Positions 14,940-28,910 are shown, counted from the stretch's first letter. The stretch is DNA of 64,000 nucleotides from Eledone cirrhosa (GCA_964016885.1 OZ024740.1:339636001-339700000); one strand, 5' to 3'. Notes: generated by a model from the letters alone, not told the origin. Numbers and translations: made by a program.

Positions 14940-15230
14940 TTCTTCTTGAGATGGTCACAGAGGCAGAGTCATTAAGCATGCCTTCCAGTGGATCCTGTCA
15001 GGAACAACCATCTCCAAATGATCTGACTGGATGCCAAGGAAAGACCAACCAAGCTTATGGATGTTATCTAATCATCTTGCTGATGGCCTACTTCTGGTTT
15101 TGCCTGAAAAATCTGTCCTGCAATTCTTTTCTCAGATATTTTAATCACAAGTCCATAATACAGGAGCTGTGATCTCTCAGTGCAGAAAAGTAGCAGCTCT
15201 ACTTGGAGCAACTACCTGATCCCTGAGCTA
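14940..15230 (-). mobile_element. Decayed LINE (RTE-like) 3' coding end
   Basis: The minus strand reads RPSAR*LDNI...VPDRIHWK, resembling the GRP..W.D...DR..W terminus. Confidence 0.45.
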
Positions 15231-16471
15231 TGCACCCTATTAAGTAACATTACATTATGTGCATTTGTGTAATTACAACACTCAAATATTGATAAAAACG
15301 TTACTTTCAAAGGAGTAAAAACATAGTTATACATGTTGTGTGTGGGGGGTGGGGTGGCGCACGCGCGCGCGTGTGTGTGTGATTACAAGATATTGCTCAA
15401 AAGCAACCATCATCGTCATCATCATCATTTATTTAACTGTTTCACGATCATATATCTAACAAGAATATATACTATTTTTGTGTTTTAATTATCCAAGGTA
15501 ATCAAGAATTACGAGAGGCTTAATGAAATAACTAATTTTCATAATAAATTAATAATAAAGAAAAAATAATTATCTAGTGAAATCTAATATTACGTGTCAT
15601 GTAATAATGAAATTTCAGTCTATGTTTTTCTGTTTATAATTTGAAAAATATAATAGAGGTGGGTTTGAAAGGGTTGGTATTTGAAGGCTTCTAGAATAAT
15701 GATAAAAACTGTACTTTTAAACTTGCTAGTCTTTTGTTTTCTTTCTCCAACTAAAAGGAACATTTCAGATCATACAGAATGTTTATGAATATCATTCAGT
15801 ACATCTGAATGAAAGGCATTTTTGCATAGTTTCTATGGCTGGATACTCTTTCTAACACTAACAACTTTACACAGGTGCCTTTTATTGTGGACCCAATACT
15901 GAGAAGTCACCTCCTTCCAAGACATCGTGATTAATACTGAGAAGGGAGCATAGCTAGGGTGAACAAAGATGGATGTTAATGAGTGTGATGGAGCTACATG
16001 CTGATTCTTGCAAGGAGGTTGAAGAGATAACAGCCTAGAAGAAAGGAGGTGTGAAGGCTCTCAGTATTTCTCTCCCCATAGGGCTTCATCATCCTGCTGT
16101 TGTTCCCCTTCTTTCTAACAAACTATATGTGTACATGTGATATATATATATGTGTGTATGTGTGTGCGTGTAATGCATGTATGCATGTGTGTACATGTTT
16201 GTCTGTGTGTGTGTGTTGGACTTCTGTTGGTTCCAACAATGCATATTCCAGTTGTTCAAACAATGGAACAACGTGCTTGTGAAGTTAGCATGTAAGTGAC
16301 TGATCACTCCACAAACATGCACACCATGGTGGTCCTTTGAATTATAGATACACTGCATTTTTTTCCGGCTCAATGCCCCCCCCCCCCCTCCTTGAACACT
16401 TATTAGCCACACTGCTGAAACATCATAACTATGCTGTAATAAACTGCATAAATAAAATCATATATATAGAT

Positions 16472-16718
16472 ATTTTTCTAGGGAGGGTAAAATTCCCGAG
16501 ATCCATGGACGAGTTCTCTCCAGCGGTCTCTGTCCCTCATTATCGCTGCCATGTCCTGCATCTCCAACAGACCAGTGTCTGTCCTTAGGTCATCAACACA
16601 CGTTAACCTTGGTCTTCCTCTTCCAGTGTGTCCATGTAGGGGCTCCCACAGGAGCACTGAGTGCAATGTCAACTCTGGATGTTGGTGAGCATGTCCAGCT
16701 AACCTCAGTCTCATCTGA
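16472..16718 (-). mobile_element. RTE-type LINE family B 3' end in a (TA)n tract
   Basis: RLRLAGHAHQHPEL...WEPLHGHTGRGRPRL...DTG...RDRDRW; ends gaattttaccctccctag. Confidence 0.88.
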
Positions 16719-16981
16719 TATATATATTTTAAATTGTTAGAATCCCAAAGAAAGAAAATAACTGCAATACCAGTCGATCACTATAGATAATAGTTGAGGA
16801 AATTGGGTAAATTATCCTTAGAGACAGAAAAAGTGAACAGTGGAGATACACACAGATATACACATGCACATCATCATCATCTGTTTTCCCTGCTAGTAAA
16901 GGTTGGATAATATACATCTGACTGGCTGTCTGTCTGTATGTATGTCTGTATGTATGTCTGTATGTATGTATGTATGTCTGT

Positions 16982-17577
16982 ATGGTGCTACTGGTAACAT
17001 GTATCCCAGTACAACCTGTCTCATGGTCGGGTCGTTGGCGACTAAACTGGCAACCCCACCAAGGTTTCTTGGTGAGGAGGGTGACTTTGGACATCCTGCA
17101 GGACTAAAAACAAAACCTGTCAAAGACAAAGGAACTCTTAAGAGTCAATGGCCATCCAAAATCACCGGGAGAGATGACCCCTTAGCCTTTGTCAAGGCAG
17201 AATTCTAGGAGAAGGAAAACTCTGATATAACACCTGCAACCCTGATGGTATCCAATGATGTTGACTTGTTCTTCTTTTTGGTAAATATCATCTTGCTTAA
17301 GAGAGTGGGACTGGCTTTGTGCAGTGCCTTTGCTCACTATAAAAGCTTCACGGCACAGGCATTGCTTTATATCTGGAGATCTCTCTGCACTTGTCGTCAC
17401 ATGGTACCATGGGCCCAGCACTATGTGTCAATAATTGTCACAGTTGTAGTGTTTGTACCAGAGTTTTCAAGTCGCTGGCTGGACTAAAAATTCACACTCG
17501 TTCAGCGCATCGGTGGGGTTCTCCTACATGGATATAAAGTAGTGGCTGTACTCGAAAATGAGTTGGCAGCCACCATG
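16982..17577 (+). mobile_element. Non-coding retroposon with RTE 5'-UTR-like motif and (ATGT)n tail
   Basis: Contains ctaggagaaggaaaactctga. Homologous to 32731-33222 and 61832-62183. Confidence 0.65.
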
Positions 17578-17818
17578 TATGTATGTATGTATGCATGTAT
17601 GTATATATACATGTATGTATGCATGTATGTATATATACATGTATGTATGCATGTATGTATATATACATGTATGTATGCATGTATGTATGTACATATAAAT
17701 ATATACATGTATGTATGCATGTAAGTATATATACATGTATGTATGCATGTATGTATCTACGTATATATATATATACATGTATGTATTTATGTAAGTATAT
17801 ATACGTGTATGTATGTAT
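17576..17818. repeat. (ATGT)n-derived higher-order repeat, about 28-bp unit
   Basis: atgtatgtatgcatgtatgtatatatac repeated. Confidence 0.9.
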
Positions 17819-20255
17819 TAAAAGAATGGTTTTATATAGCAGAAACATATACGAGGATAATTGTTGTAGAGGAGGAATATGTGTGTATGTTTTCAAATCT
17901 GTTTAAATATTCTTCACGAGATTACATTCTGCACCAGACACTCATATAACAACAAACAATAAAGTGATACTATCAAATGTTTTACATAGCTCACTACTTT
18001 GTTTGCAGCTAAAATATATATATTTTCTAGCAGTAGTTTGATATGAACAAATGTTTTTACCAATGTTCTTTGATCTCAAAATTGTGATTATATTCAATTT
18101 GTCTGCTTACCTTCATTTCTCTAACTTCTCCTCTCTTTCTCTCCCTCTCTTTCTTTCTTTCTTCTCCTTCTTCCTTTATCTCCTTATTACCCTCTCTTTC
18201 TCTCTCTCTTTCCCCTCCTACTCATTTCCATCTATTTCCTTTAATCTCTTCCCCCCTCTTCCTCATACATCTCTTCTCCATCTCTTCCTCTTTCCTCTCC
18301 CCTTCTCTTCCCTTTTCCCTCTCCTCCTTCGACCCCCTTTCTTTCCTCACTCTCTCCTTCTTCCCTCTCTCTCTCTCTTTCTCTCTCTCTGCACAATTGC
18401 CTTATCTATCTGGCTGCCTCTCTTTACCCTCCCCCACCTCAATATACCCTCACTTTCCTCCCACTTGCTCCTGTAAACGTAGCATCTGTAAAAACCTTCT
18501 AGAACAAAGCTGCTCTAGAAAACACTTCTATTCTTCTTACAAAGAGCAGTTGTATATACCATTTGTATTAAGTATTGAGTAAATATTAACCAAGTCAAAT
18601 CCATGTCATACCTTATATTTAATAGGATGATAATTTTTATATGTTTCTGTTTGTTTTTCATCATCATCATCACGTCCGTTTTTCTACATTTGCATATAGT
18701 ACCAAATCTGACATACATTCCTTGTTAGAGAAAAATAATAATAATTTTCTTCCATTTTTTGATTATTTGAACTGATTTGATTTTTCATTACTGAGTTTAT
18801 TCAGAAGATAATTTCTAATTTTGATTTTTTTAAAATTTATATATTTTCTAAATCCTTAATACTTTTTACCATCTCTTCCTAGGTGTATATATTTTTTTTC
18901 TGTTCTAATTTATTTCAACTTATAAAACAATTAATTTGAAAACACATGCCTTCAATTTAAATGAATTCTGTTATTGATTTCCCTTTTTTAAACATCAATT
19001 AATTAACAATTTCAGATAAAAAAATAATTCAGCCATTGTATCATATTATTTTCCTCTCATTTGTTATTTTTTAAACGTTTTTGTAACAGCCAAGGATATA
19101 AAATCAGAGGAAATAATAAATATCTAGGAATAAAGAAGTTAGTTAGATTAGTCTAAATAATGCTGGCAGATACTGGCAGATTTGGTAGAGCATCAGTATA
19201 AATGCCCCAGTTTTTGTCCTAGCTTTATGTGTTCAGTGTTCAAATCCTGTCGAGATTAACTTTGCCTTTCATCTTTTTGGAATCAATAAAGTACCAGTTC
19301 AAGGGTGGTGGATTAGTGGAATTGTTAGAGAGTCACATAGGATGCTCTGCAGTGTCTGAGCTCAAATCCTCCCTCTTTTTGTGATGAAATGTAGTCAGCA
19401 TACAGCATCAGCAATAGAAAAAACAATGGAAACATATTTTCCTTAGTCCAACCTGATGGTTGGTTCCTTTCTTTTCTTTAAAAATATATTAATTTTTATT
19501 GTGATGAGTGAGACAACCTCTCTAATGTAGGAGATATAAAATGAACTGACTACATACTGTAAAGCAGTTGATGATCAAAAAGAAACAACATTGGCTAGGA
19601 AGTGCTCTTTACTTTTGTGAAAGACGTGACAACCTCTCTAATGTTGGTGCCACAATAAAATGCACCCAATAAATTCTGTTACATAGTTGCTGCTACAAAG
19701 GGCATTTAGCCATTAAAACCATTACAAAAATTGGAAAATACAAGCAAGACATGGTCTTCCAACACATCAAGAAAAACAGCAACTTCAAATATGAAACACT
19801 TAAACTGTAACAACCCATCCAACCCATAACAGTATGGAAATTAAATGTAAAAAAAAATTACAGTGACGACGATGGTGTGAAATATAAGATTTAATTAATC
19901 TTACATTGTTGCTATTTGAAAGAAATCTTGTCAATACATTAATTTCTGAAATAAAATATTTCATTTTTTTCCCATCTCCTGTTGGTAGGCATGTTAACTT
20001 AGCATGATATTTTACTGTATGCATGGAAATACCTACATCCTTTTATATTACACTGTAATGGCCTATTATTGTCAAAACATTTCCTTTGCAACAATATAAG
20101 CAAGATGGTTATGTTGTTAGAGTTTGGATCTCAAATATTTACATTATGTATATATGTCACACCACAATTTCAATCAGTGATCTTGAGAAAAGTTTTAGAA
20201 ATCTTCACATTCCACTTTCTAGACATATATGAAAACTCTTGTGTGTGTGTGCGTG

Positions 20256-20317
<62 letters not shown>

Positions 20318-21899
20318 CTTGTGTGCGTGTGAGTGGGCGTGTGTGGTGCATTTTTTAATACATGCACTTTAGAAAAAAAGGAATATCTCGAGATTCACTT
20401 ACATATTGAAGATTTATTATCGCAATCTATATTTTCATTGAATTCAGTCTAATAATAAAAAATATTTCATTGAAATTAGAATGAAATCGTCAATAGAAAA
20501 TATGAATGACAGATTTATCTTTTAATGTCAGTATCAGCAATGTGTAAGTCTCTTCAGCAAACTAACTATAACTACATTGTGATGAGTGTAGCTGAGAAGT
20601 TGAAAGTCATAAAATGATTTATTTTCAGTTTTACTGCAATAACCATGTCCTCAATCAACAGGATATTCTATCTGTGCTAGGTAAAAATCTACTTATATTA
20701 TTGGCACTGTATACTGACAGGATTGCTTGCTAGACATAAGACAGAAATCAATGAAGAAGGAACTCAATCTTTCTGAAATATCTCTAGTCATGCTTCAATC
20801 AATTGTCGGTATGACCCTCCCAAAGTACATGTATTATTCTACTTAGGAAGTTAACAACTTTGCAGAAAAATATTTCAGAATAGAATTTAAATTTGTATTT
20901 AGGGAGAACATTTCTATTCTATTTTGTTTTCTTACATTCTTTTGAAATTAGAAACTTGACTTCAAGTATCATTCCTTTCAATTATGGTGGTTATGTTGTT
21001 TTTTTTTTTGTTTTTTTCTTCTTCCATTTTTTCCTCACTGCACTATATTTCATATGGCTGTCATTATTACGATGTTAAACATCTTCTACAGAATCAAAAG
21101 GGTTTTATTTATAACTTGCTGCTTTCTAGAATAGCAAGGAAAAGGTTCTATTTTTGTACATAACTACTATAGATTAAATTTGTTCATCTGCCTCCCATTT
21201 ATAATCTAAATAGCATGGTACATTGCTATATAAAACAGATGATGGTCGTAGTTTTGGCCACAATCATATAGACAATAGACATTCAGATTTGGAACTTGTA
21301 GTTATACAATATATATATCATCCTTTCATCATCATTTTTACATTGATTTTTCCACACTGGCATGAGTAGGACAGGATATTTTGAGGCAATATTTTACAGC
21401 TGAATATCCTTCCTTAACACTAAGCTTTTTAATTGCTTCTGATGACATGCTGGAATATGGTACATTTGTTCTAAGTTGGATACACACACAATATACATAC
21501 ATCTATACATATATGTATGTCGGGTGGTAGTTAATATGCTCCGAAATATCATTAAACGTGTCCGTCAAACCTGCGGGTCCAGAATCAGACAGATCCACAC
21601 AATGATCACGTCTCGAGCTGTCCACCGGTGAAACAATTGTAACACAATAAATTGAGTTCAGATGCATCACTGATTTTTCGTTTTATATTACATCTATACA
21701 TATATATATATATATGTGTGTATGTGTATGTGTTGGGGGGGGTATGTAGGTGCAGGCATGGCTGTGTGGTTAAGAAATTTACTTTACTGGGTTCAGTCAT
21801 GCTGCATGCCCCCATGGGAAAGTGTCTTGGATTGAGCAATGCCCTTAGAGTGGAATCTGGTAGATGGAAACTGCAGATGCCTGTCATATATAGATGAAG

Positions 21900-22335
21900 A
21901 GAATGTTCTGCAGTGCAAAATTGTTGAGGAAATGGACATTAAAGATCAGATCTGTGGGTCTCCCAAAACTGGCAGCTGTATCATGTCATTGCCCCAGCTC
22001 CCTCATCACAGCTGATTGAAGCTTTCTTGGCAAAGAAAGGCATTTCACTCATTTGCCAGGATTCCTATTCTCCAGACATTGGCACCTAGCTGTTCCCAAA
22101 ACTGAAGATACCATTAAAAGGCTCACACTTTTAAGACTGAGAGCCATTCCAAAAGAAGCATTCCAGACATGCTTTGAACAGTGGGTTGAAGAGATTAGCA
22201 ATTGCACCCCATCAAGTATGAAATTTTCTTTTCCAAACCTAAGGGCAGATATTTTTTTGACAGACCTCATATTTTTCAAAATACATTTTTTTCACTGTAT
22301 GGGTGCATCAGCAGGAAAACTTTTGTAACTTGGTA
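21900..22335 (+). pseudogene. Decayed mariner transposase C-terminal fragment
   Basis: Frameshifted remnants AFLAKKGISLI..SYSPD(L)AP, LFPKLKIPLKGSHF, RAIPKEAFQTCFEQW. Confidence 0.78.
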
Positions 22336-22506
22336 TTTTACTTGTATTGCTTTCTAAACATACATAACACACATACATGCATACAAACACATACACATAC
22401 ATATATACATACATCATCCTCATCATCGTTTAACGTCCATTTTCCATGCTAGCATACATACATACATACATACATACATACATACATACATACATACATA
22501 CATACA

Positions 22507-22538
<32 letters not shown>

Positions 22539-22879
22539 AAGTGTCTGTGGGTCTGTATGTGTGTATATGATTGTCAAATTGCTATGCGCTTATAGATAGT
22601 TCTGTCAAATTGAGTATTTGCATGATTCATGAAATATATTATTCTATCAGATGTCACACAGAAACATTGGATGCTTATACGAATAAGTATAAATCCGAAG
22701 GAATTTCTGAACTGAAGCCCTATACACATATACTAAGAAAACTACAACATTATTCATGTGTGATGTTTGACATTTATGGGTATTTTTAGAAATAGTTAAG
22801 TCTAATGATTAGAATAATGTTATTTATATTGTGACTATACATGGCTGCCATTCTATATGTATAATGCTAATGGTTTTAA

Positions 22880-23145
22880 GCCTTTGATTACCATATTTCT
22901 AATGAAAAACACTGCTTATGATTTTAAAATTTCGAAAATAATCAAGAATTTAAGCTGACTTAATAATACAACTAACTTTCTCATTGTTAAGAAATCATAA
23001 TTAAGCTGATATTTGGAACATATCTTAACAAAAGTTCTTACATAAAATTATTACGAATTGCTGGTTAATAAATATAGACACTTTAAAACAAACAATTTTG
23101 TATTGTAGTACCAAGGGCAGTCTCTAGCAGTTTGGTAATAAATGG
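22880..23145. mobile_element. piggyBac-like MITE family 2 (other partial copies near 5410, 24960, 29700, 34690, 38280)
   Basis: TTAA-flanked degenerate (c)cctttgattacc...ggtaataaatgg ends; recurring internal sequence. Confidence 0.62.
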
Positions 23146-24252
23146 TTTAGGTTTAAAATTTGTCTGAAGCCTAGAGACTCATCAAACTCGAGATTATCAT
23201 GGTTCTGCATTAAGCAGAATAGATTACAAAACTCTCTGTTGGATGAAACACTAGTCGGGAGCAAGATTAACTTCAGTTGCTGCTGCTGCTGGGACAGAAG
23301 TTTTCAACTGGATGCACTAGAACAGTTGGAAATGAAGGGCCTTTGTTAAGAACACAACAAACCATCCAGACAATGTAACGAATCTATGATTTTACACTCT
23401 AACCACTAGACTTTTCACTTTCAATATTAATATATAATATTGATGGCTGATACTCTTTGTATATTATTGTTGGCTTCTATACTGTATATAATATGTTATA
23501 ATAGATAGCTGATATTTTGTATAATGGAAGGTACTGGATTGGAAACATCTAAAATGTATGTCTTTTGTTGATTTAAGTGTAGTGTTACATTAGAACAAAC
23601 ATAGATTTAACAATGAGAAACTGAGATTTTGCTTTCATTCATCGTCGTCATCATCATGTACATTGTATAACAAAGTGTATCACTGATGTATCTTTTTGAT
23701 TCTATCAATTTTCCTTAATTACTTTTCTTTGGTACAGTTTGCTGACTTTAGATGTCATCATATTCTTGAAGATATTAATTTATGCCACAAAGATATTTTC
23801 AAAATGATGTTACCCAAGTTTTGTGTAACGATCTGTGGAAACAAAATTAGATTTCTGTCTTGAAACAATAAAATAATCAGTATGTTTTCAATGATTTTCC
23901 TTCCCATTTCCGATATTCCTTCAACTGACATTATTGACAAAAATTCTGAAACTATAATGTAATTCTGAAAATGTTTTCTAAGTGTAGCATTGTAGGATAT
24001 AAATCAATAAAGGAATTTTGAAATATTTAAGTTGATTTCCTCGCAATATGTCTCCCTTTAAGCTGTTTAAAGCTCCTTGTGATCATTGATATCTTCCAAT
24101 ATTCTAGCGAGTGTTACCATAGTGATTCCATAAAAATGGCTTATTGTCAAACTAGAAAATTTTTTTATGAAATATGCTTATATTGTTTATGAGTGTAACC
24201 TATATATATTACATAGAAATAAATCTGTGCTTTCTAAAACTTTTATTATATA

Positions 24253-24628
24253 TCATCATCATCATCATCACTTAACGTCCGCTTTCTGTGTTAGCTACGA
24301 ATGAAAAGTCTACTGTATGATGTCTGTGTGCAAAGTGTGATGCTACATAGTAGTGAAACATGGGCAGTAAACACAGAAGACATGCAAAGATTGGAGAGAA
24401 ATAAGGCAAACATGCTTTGATGGATGTGCAATGCTAATGAGTGAGAACAACAAAGCATAGATGAACTGAGAGAGAGAAATTGGTTATTAGAAGAACCAAA
24501 TATAGTGTGCAGGAGAGAAGACAGCATTGGTATGAACTTGTGATGCCCATGGATGATGATGGCTGGGTGAAGAAATACCAAGTAATCCTAGTGGAGGGAA
24601 GCCACAGTAGAAGACCAAGGTAGACCTG
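24253..24628. mobile_element. Degenerate RTE 3' fragment with internal inversion
   Basis: Minus-strand tail (catcat...ttaacgtccgctttc) fused to a plus-strand coding remnant MKSLLYDVCVQSVMLHSSETWAV...WMCN. Confidence 0.75.
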
Positions 24629-24882
24629 TAAAGGGATGTAACTCTATGCTGCAAAGCATGGTGTCTGACGCTCTACCTATACTGCCAATCCACTGCCTTT
24701 ATTATAATAATAATAATAATGTTTTTACTTTTGGCACAAGGCCAGCAATTACCCCAGTACATTACTGGTGCTTTATTTTATCGACCCCATAAGGATGAAA
24801 GGCAAAGTTAACCTCGGTGGGATTTGAACTCAGAACATAAAGGGCCATAGCATGGTAGCTGATGTTCTACTGATATTGCCAA
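24628..24882 (-). mobile_element. Two adjacent SINE family A pieces
   Basis: 5' part at 24628-24697 and a near-full copy at 24716-24882. Confidence 0.82.
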
Positions 24883-25099
24883 TAATTCTGTTATGAAACC
24901 ATGTTCAAATTTGCTCAGATTCTTCCAAATATTATTTAAGAAAGTCATAAGAAAATATTAACCAAAGTGTCTAGAAGCAACCCTGGTTCTAAAATACAAA
25001 TTTTTTTGTTTTAAAGTGTTCATATTTATCTAGAAACCTTCCAACATAATTTTATGTAAAATCCTTTAAGTTATCTTACAAACACCAGCTTCATCATAA

Positions 25100-28081
25100 T
25101 CAGCATCATCATCATCATCATGGTTTTACGTCCGTTCTTCCACGCTAGCATGGGTTAGACGGATTGTCCTGTTGTGGGCAATGTCTGGTCGGCTGACCAT
25201 GCCTTGCTCATACAGGAACTGATTTGGCTTGATTTCTACAGCTGGATGCCCTTCCTAACACCAACCTCATTTACAGTGAGTGCTGGGTGCTTTTACATGG
25301 CGCCTACACGTCCACTTTACAGTGTGGGCTGGGTGCTTTTTTGTCATGGCACCTCCACGACCACCTTGCAGTGGGAGGGTGTGGGGGCATATTGTTTATA
25401 TGCTTCAGCTTGTACTCATGGGAGGTTGGGTACTCTGTATTACTGCGTGACGCCAGAGGTCACGGTCGTGTGTCATCGCCTTTGAGAGGTGTTTTGGGGT
25501 AAGGTCGGCTTTTATCACCTCATCCCAGGTCATCTTGGGTCTCCCCACTCCACGGTTTCCATCGACTTCTAGTGCTCTGCACCTTTTTATGCAGCTGTCA
25601 TCCTTCATACGCATCACATGTCCATACCAACGCAACCGCCTCTCCTGCACACAGCATTTGATTCCTCTTATGCTCAGTCTCTCTCTCAATTCATTTATGC
25701 TTTGTCGTTCGTGTATATTACAATTACACATCCATCGGAGCATGCAGGCTTCGTTTCTCTCTAATCTATGTAAGTCTTCCACCTTCAGCGCCAAGGTCTC
25801 ACTACCATGTAACATTGCTGTTCGGATACACGCATCATACAGTCTGCCTTTCATTTTGAGGGAGAAGCCTTTTTCAGCTAGCAGTGGTAGTAGTTCCCTG
25901 AACTTCCTCCATCCCGTTCTTACCCTAGTTATTGTACTTTCTGAACACCCACCTCCGCTGCTAATTCGGTCACCTAGGTAGCAGAAGCTGTCCACTGTCT
26001 CTACAGAGCCCTCCCAGAGATTGGTGGTACTTGTTTCCTGTGGCTGTTTGCTGCTTGCTGTCCCAGTACAGCTGCTGCATGTGAAGCCTACATTCTTAAT
26101 TAAGCTTCCTGAGATCCCGCTACATCTCTTGTGTACCCATTGTTTGCATTTGGGGCAGAGAATGGAGTTCCTACCTACACCTTTCCTACATACTGAGCAA
26201 GGCCATTTCCCTGAGGGGATCTGGGTTCTGTTTTCTCGTCTACTTACAAGGACGTTAGTCTTTGTCATGTTGACTTTGAGACCCTTTCTTTCTAGTCCCT
26301 GCTTCCAAGTTTGGAATTTCTTCTCTAGTTCTACCATAGATTCAGCTATAAGTGCAAGGTCATCAGTATACAGGAGTTCCCATGGGCATCCGGTCTTAAA
26401 CTCCTCCGTTATTGCCTGCAGGACTATGATGAAGAGGAGAGGGCTAAGAACAGAGCCCTGGTGGACCCCAACCTGTACGCTAAATTCCTCACTATACTCA
26501 TTGCTAATACTAACCTTGCTGACTGCTCCCCTATACATGGCTTGTACAGCTTTCACAAGCCACTCATCTATTCGTAGTTTTCTAAGAGCCCACCAGATTA
26601 CAGCACGTGGAACTCTGTCAAAGGCTTTCTCGAGATCGATGAATGCCAGGTAGAGTGGCTTACTTTTAGCTAGATACTTTTCCTGTAACTGCCTCACAAG
26701 GAAGAGGGCATCAGTGGTGCCTCTTCCTGGTACAAACCCAAATTGCATCTCATCTAGTTTCACCCGGTCCCTAATCAACTGTGCTATAACTCTTTCTGTT
26801 ACTTTCATGACCTGGTCCATCAGCTTTATACCTCTATAGTTTCCTCTATCTAGTGCATAACCTTTACCTTTGTAGCAGTTGACAATGATGCTACTGCACC
26901 AATCTTTTGGTATGACACCTTCTAGTATTACCTGGTTAACAATACGTGTGGTTATAGTGTGACATACAGACCCAGGTGCCTTCAGCATCTCGGCAGCTAT
27001 ACCCAATGGAACCCTGACTCCAGCCTGACTAGGAGTAGGAAGCTGTCATTCCCTGACGTTATCTCTAGGGATACGGGAATCAGACCGGACCTTGGGGCAG
27101 CGATGGGGGACAGGGGATTCTGGGGCATGAGAGTGAGATCCATCATCTCGACAGTAGTCGACGAGTGATGATGATGATACCCGATGGACCGGTTGCCTTC
27201 CCCATCTTCATATCTTTGATTGCCTTACTTACTACGCTGCTGCTGACTTGTACTGCTGGCCTCTCTATAGGGTCTACTTGGGGTAGGGTCTTTTCTTCCC
27301 ATGCATTCTCCTCATTTAGTAATCTATCATAATGACTCTTCCATGCATCTTTCTTCACAGCACTTGTGAGGGCAAGCTCACCTTTATCATTCCGGATACA
27401 CTTCTCTCCAATGACATCACAATTCTCTCTGACACACTGCCTCGCAATCTTGAACACCTCCTGTTTCTGGTCCTCACGTTGCAAAACATGCTTGAATTTT
27501 CTATCCTCTGCTTCGCTCCTAGCTAAGTATACTTGTCACCTAGCTTCCCTCTTGGTCTCTATGTAATGTACCCTGCTCCCCCAGTTCTTCCATTCTTTCC
27601 ATGCCTGTCTCTTGGCCTTAACGGCCTCATCTACCTTATTGTTCCACCACCAAGTCACTCTCCTCCTGCTTGTGGTCTTACTCCAGCCACAGACCTCATC
27701 CGTCGCCTCTAGTAAGTTATTTTTTAGGAACTCCCAGTTCTCTTCTACATTGAATGTCTATATCTGTTCTTCTTTACTGTCGTAGGCGTTGAGTAAAATA
27801 TCTTTAAATCTGTTATTGGCTGAGGGGTCTTTCAGCTTCCAGATCTTTCTTCTCCAGATTGGCCTCTGTTTCCAGATTCGTCTAGTTCTGACTGTGAGGT
27901 CGCTGACAACTAAGCTATGTTGGGAGGTACATTCCTCACTAGGGAAGGCTTTTGTCTTTACGACCGTCCATCTGTCACGTCCTCTGATGAGGATAAAATC
28001 TACCTGACTGGAATGCTCCCCTGATCTATAGGTGATCAGGTGGTTGTCGGGTTTTTTGAAGTTTGTGTTACATATCGACAT
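25100..28081 (-). mobile_element. RTE LINE family A1, second copy, 5'-truncated and inactivated (YADD to YTDD, stops, nested insertion)
   Basis: Near-identical to 42756-45880. ORFs 27758-28081, 27143-27484 and 25405-27006. (CAT)n tail on + at about 25100-25120. Confidence 0.95.
27011..27176 (+). mobile_element. 3' end of a different RTE-type LINE nested antisense in the A1 copy
   Basis: Encodes ...PDSSLTRSRKLSFPDVISRDTGIRPDLGAAMGDRGFW...* followed by (GAT)n. Flanked by a 12-bp TSD atacccRatgga (26999-27010 and 27177-27188). Confidence 0.88.
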
Positions 28082-28551
28082 GTCATCGACATGTCATCAG
28101 CATGTCATCAGCTTAATACTGAGAAAGTAAATCACTTCATATTAAATCACTTCATATATATATATGTGTGTGTGTGTGCACATGTGAAGATCCATGGCTT
28201 AGTGGGTGGTTAGAGCATTGGACTTACATTCATAAGGTTGTGAATGCAATTCTCGAACTGGATTGTGCATTGAGCATGACGCTTTATTTCACGTTCACTC
28301 ATTTGGAAAAAAGAGTTGTAATATTATTGGTGCCAAGCACTATCTGCCTTTGCATTTTCCCTTGAACAACATTAGTTTCATTGAAAGGAGTGACTGGTAT
28401 GGATGGGTGACTACTGGTCATCCACAAAAACACCTTACCTGAGTTTGTGCCTCCGAGAAGAACTTTCCAGGTGCAAATCCCATGGTCATTCATGACTATA
28501 TATATATATATATATATATATAATCACATAATAAAGAACTCAACATAATTA

Positions 28552-28621
28552 TTCCATTACCAAAGGCTTCAAGAAACTAGACAATCCTTACAGAAACGTC
28601 CAGCCCATTCATCAGATGAAA
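28552..28621 (-). ncRNA. Hammerhead ribozyme motif with one core change (GAAA to GAAG)
   Basis: Minus strand: uuucau-CUGAUGA-augggcuggacg...ugucuaguuucuu-GAAG-ccuuug-GUA|auggaa. Stems I and II pair well. Confidence 0.68.
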
Positions 28622-28692
28622 TAGTTGTTTTGGATATAATTTTTGAAATTGATATCTATTAAAAATGAAAGTGAGGCTTAGTTAAAACAATA

Positions 28693-28736
<44 letters not shown>

Positions 28737-28739
<3 letters not shown>

Positions 28740-28910
28740 ATGGTCAGCTGAAAAGTTCATTAGTTAACCAAGATACTCTCAAGGAATGACCAAATGAGAT
28801 TTATTTTTCAACATAGTCCTGGAAAAAAACAATGCAGTTATTAATAAGAAGAGTTCAAATTAGTGCATGCAAGATTTTACTGCTCTAACATCAGCCTATG
28901 AACTTTTCCT
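28737..28910. mobile_element. Mariner-type MITE
   Basis: Homologous to 48612-48788. Confidence 0.75.

Noticed and set aside
17000-17055. HDV-like ribozyme in the RTE 5'-UTR-like element
   Set aside because: P2-, P3- and P4-like pieces are present but no P1 could be placed in the required order.
20629-20680. Possible 52-nt exon (ttttcag...ctag|gtaaaa)
   Set aside because: The peptide FYCNNHVLNQQDILSVL shows no recognisable motif; splice-like signals are common in AT-rich DNA.
25535-26653. ORFs antisense to the RTE ORFs (also 43982-45449 and 57409-59316)
   Set aside because: Shadow frames of the LINE coding strand with no independent motifs.
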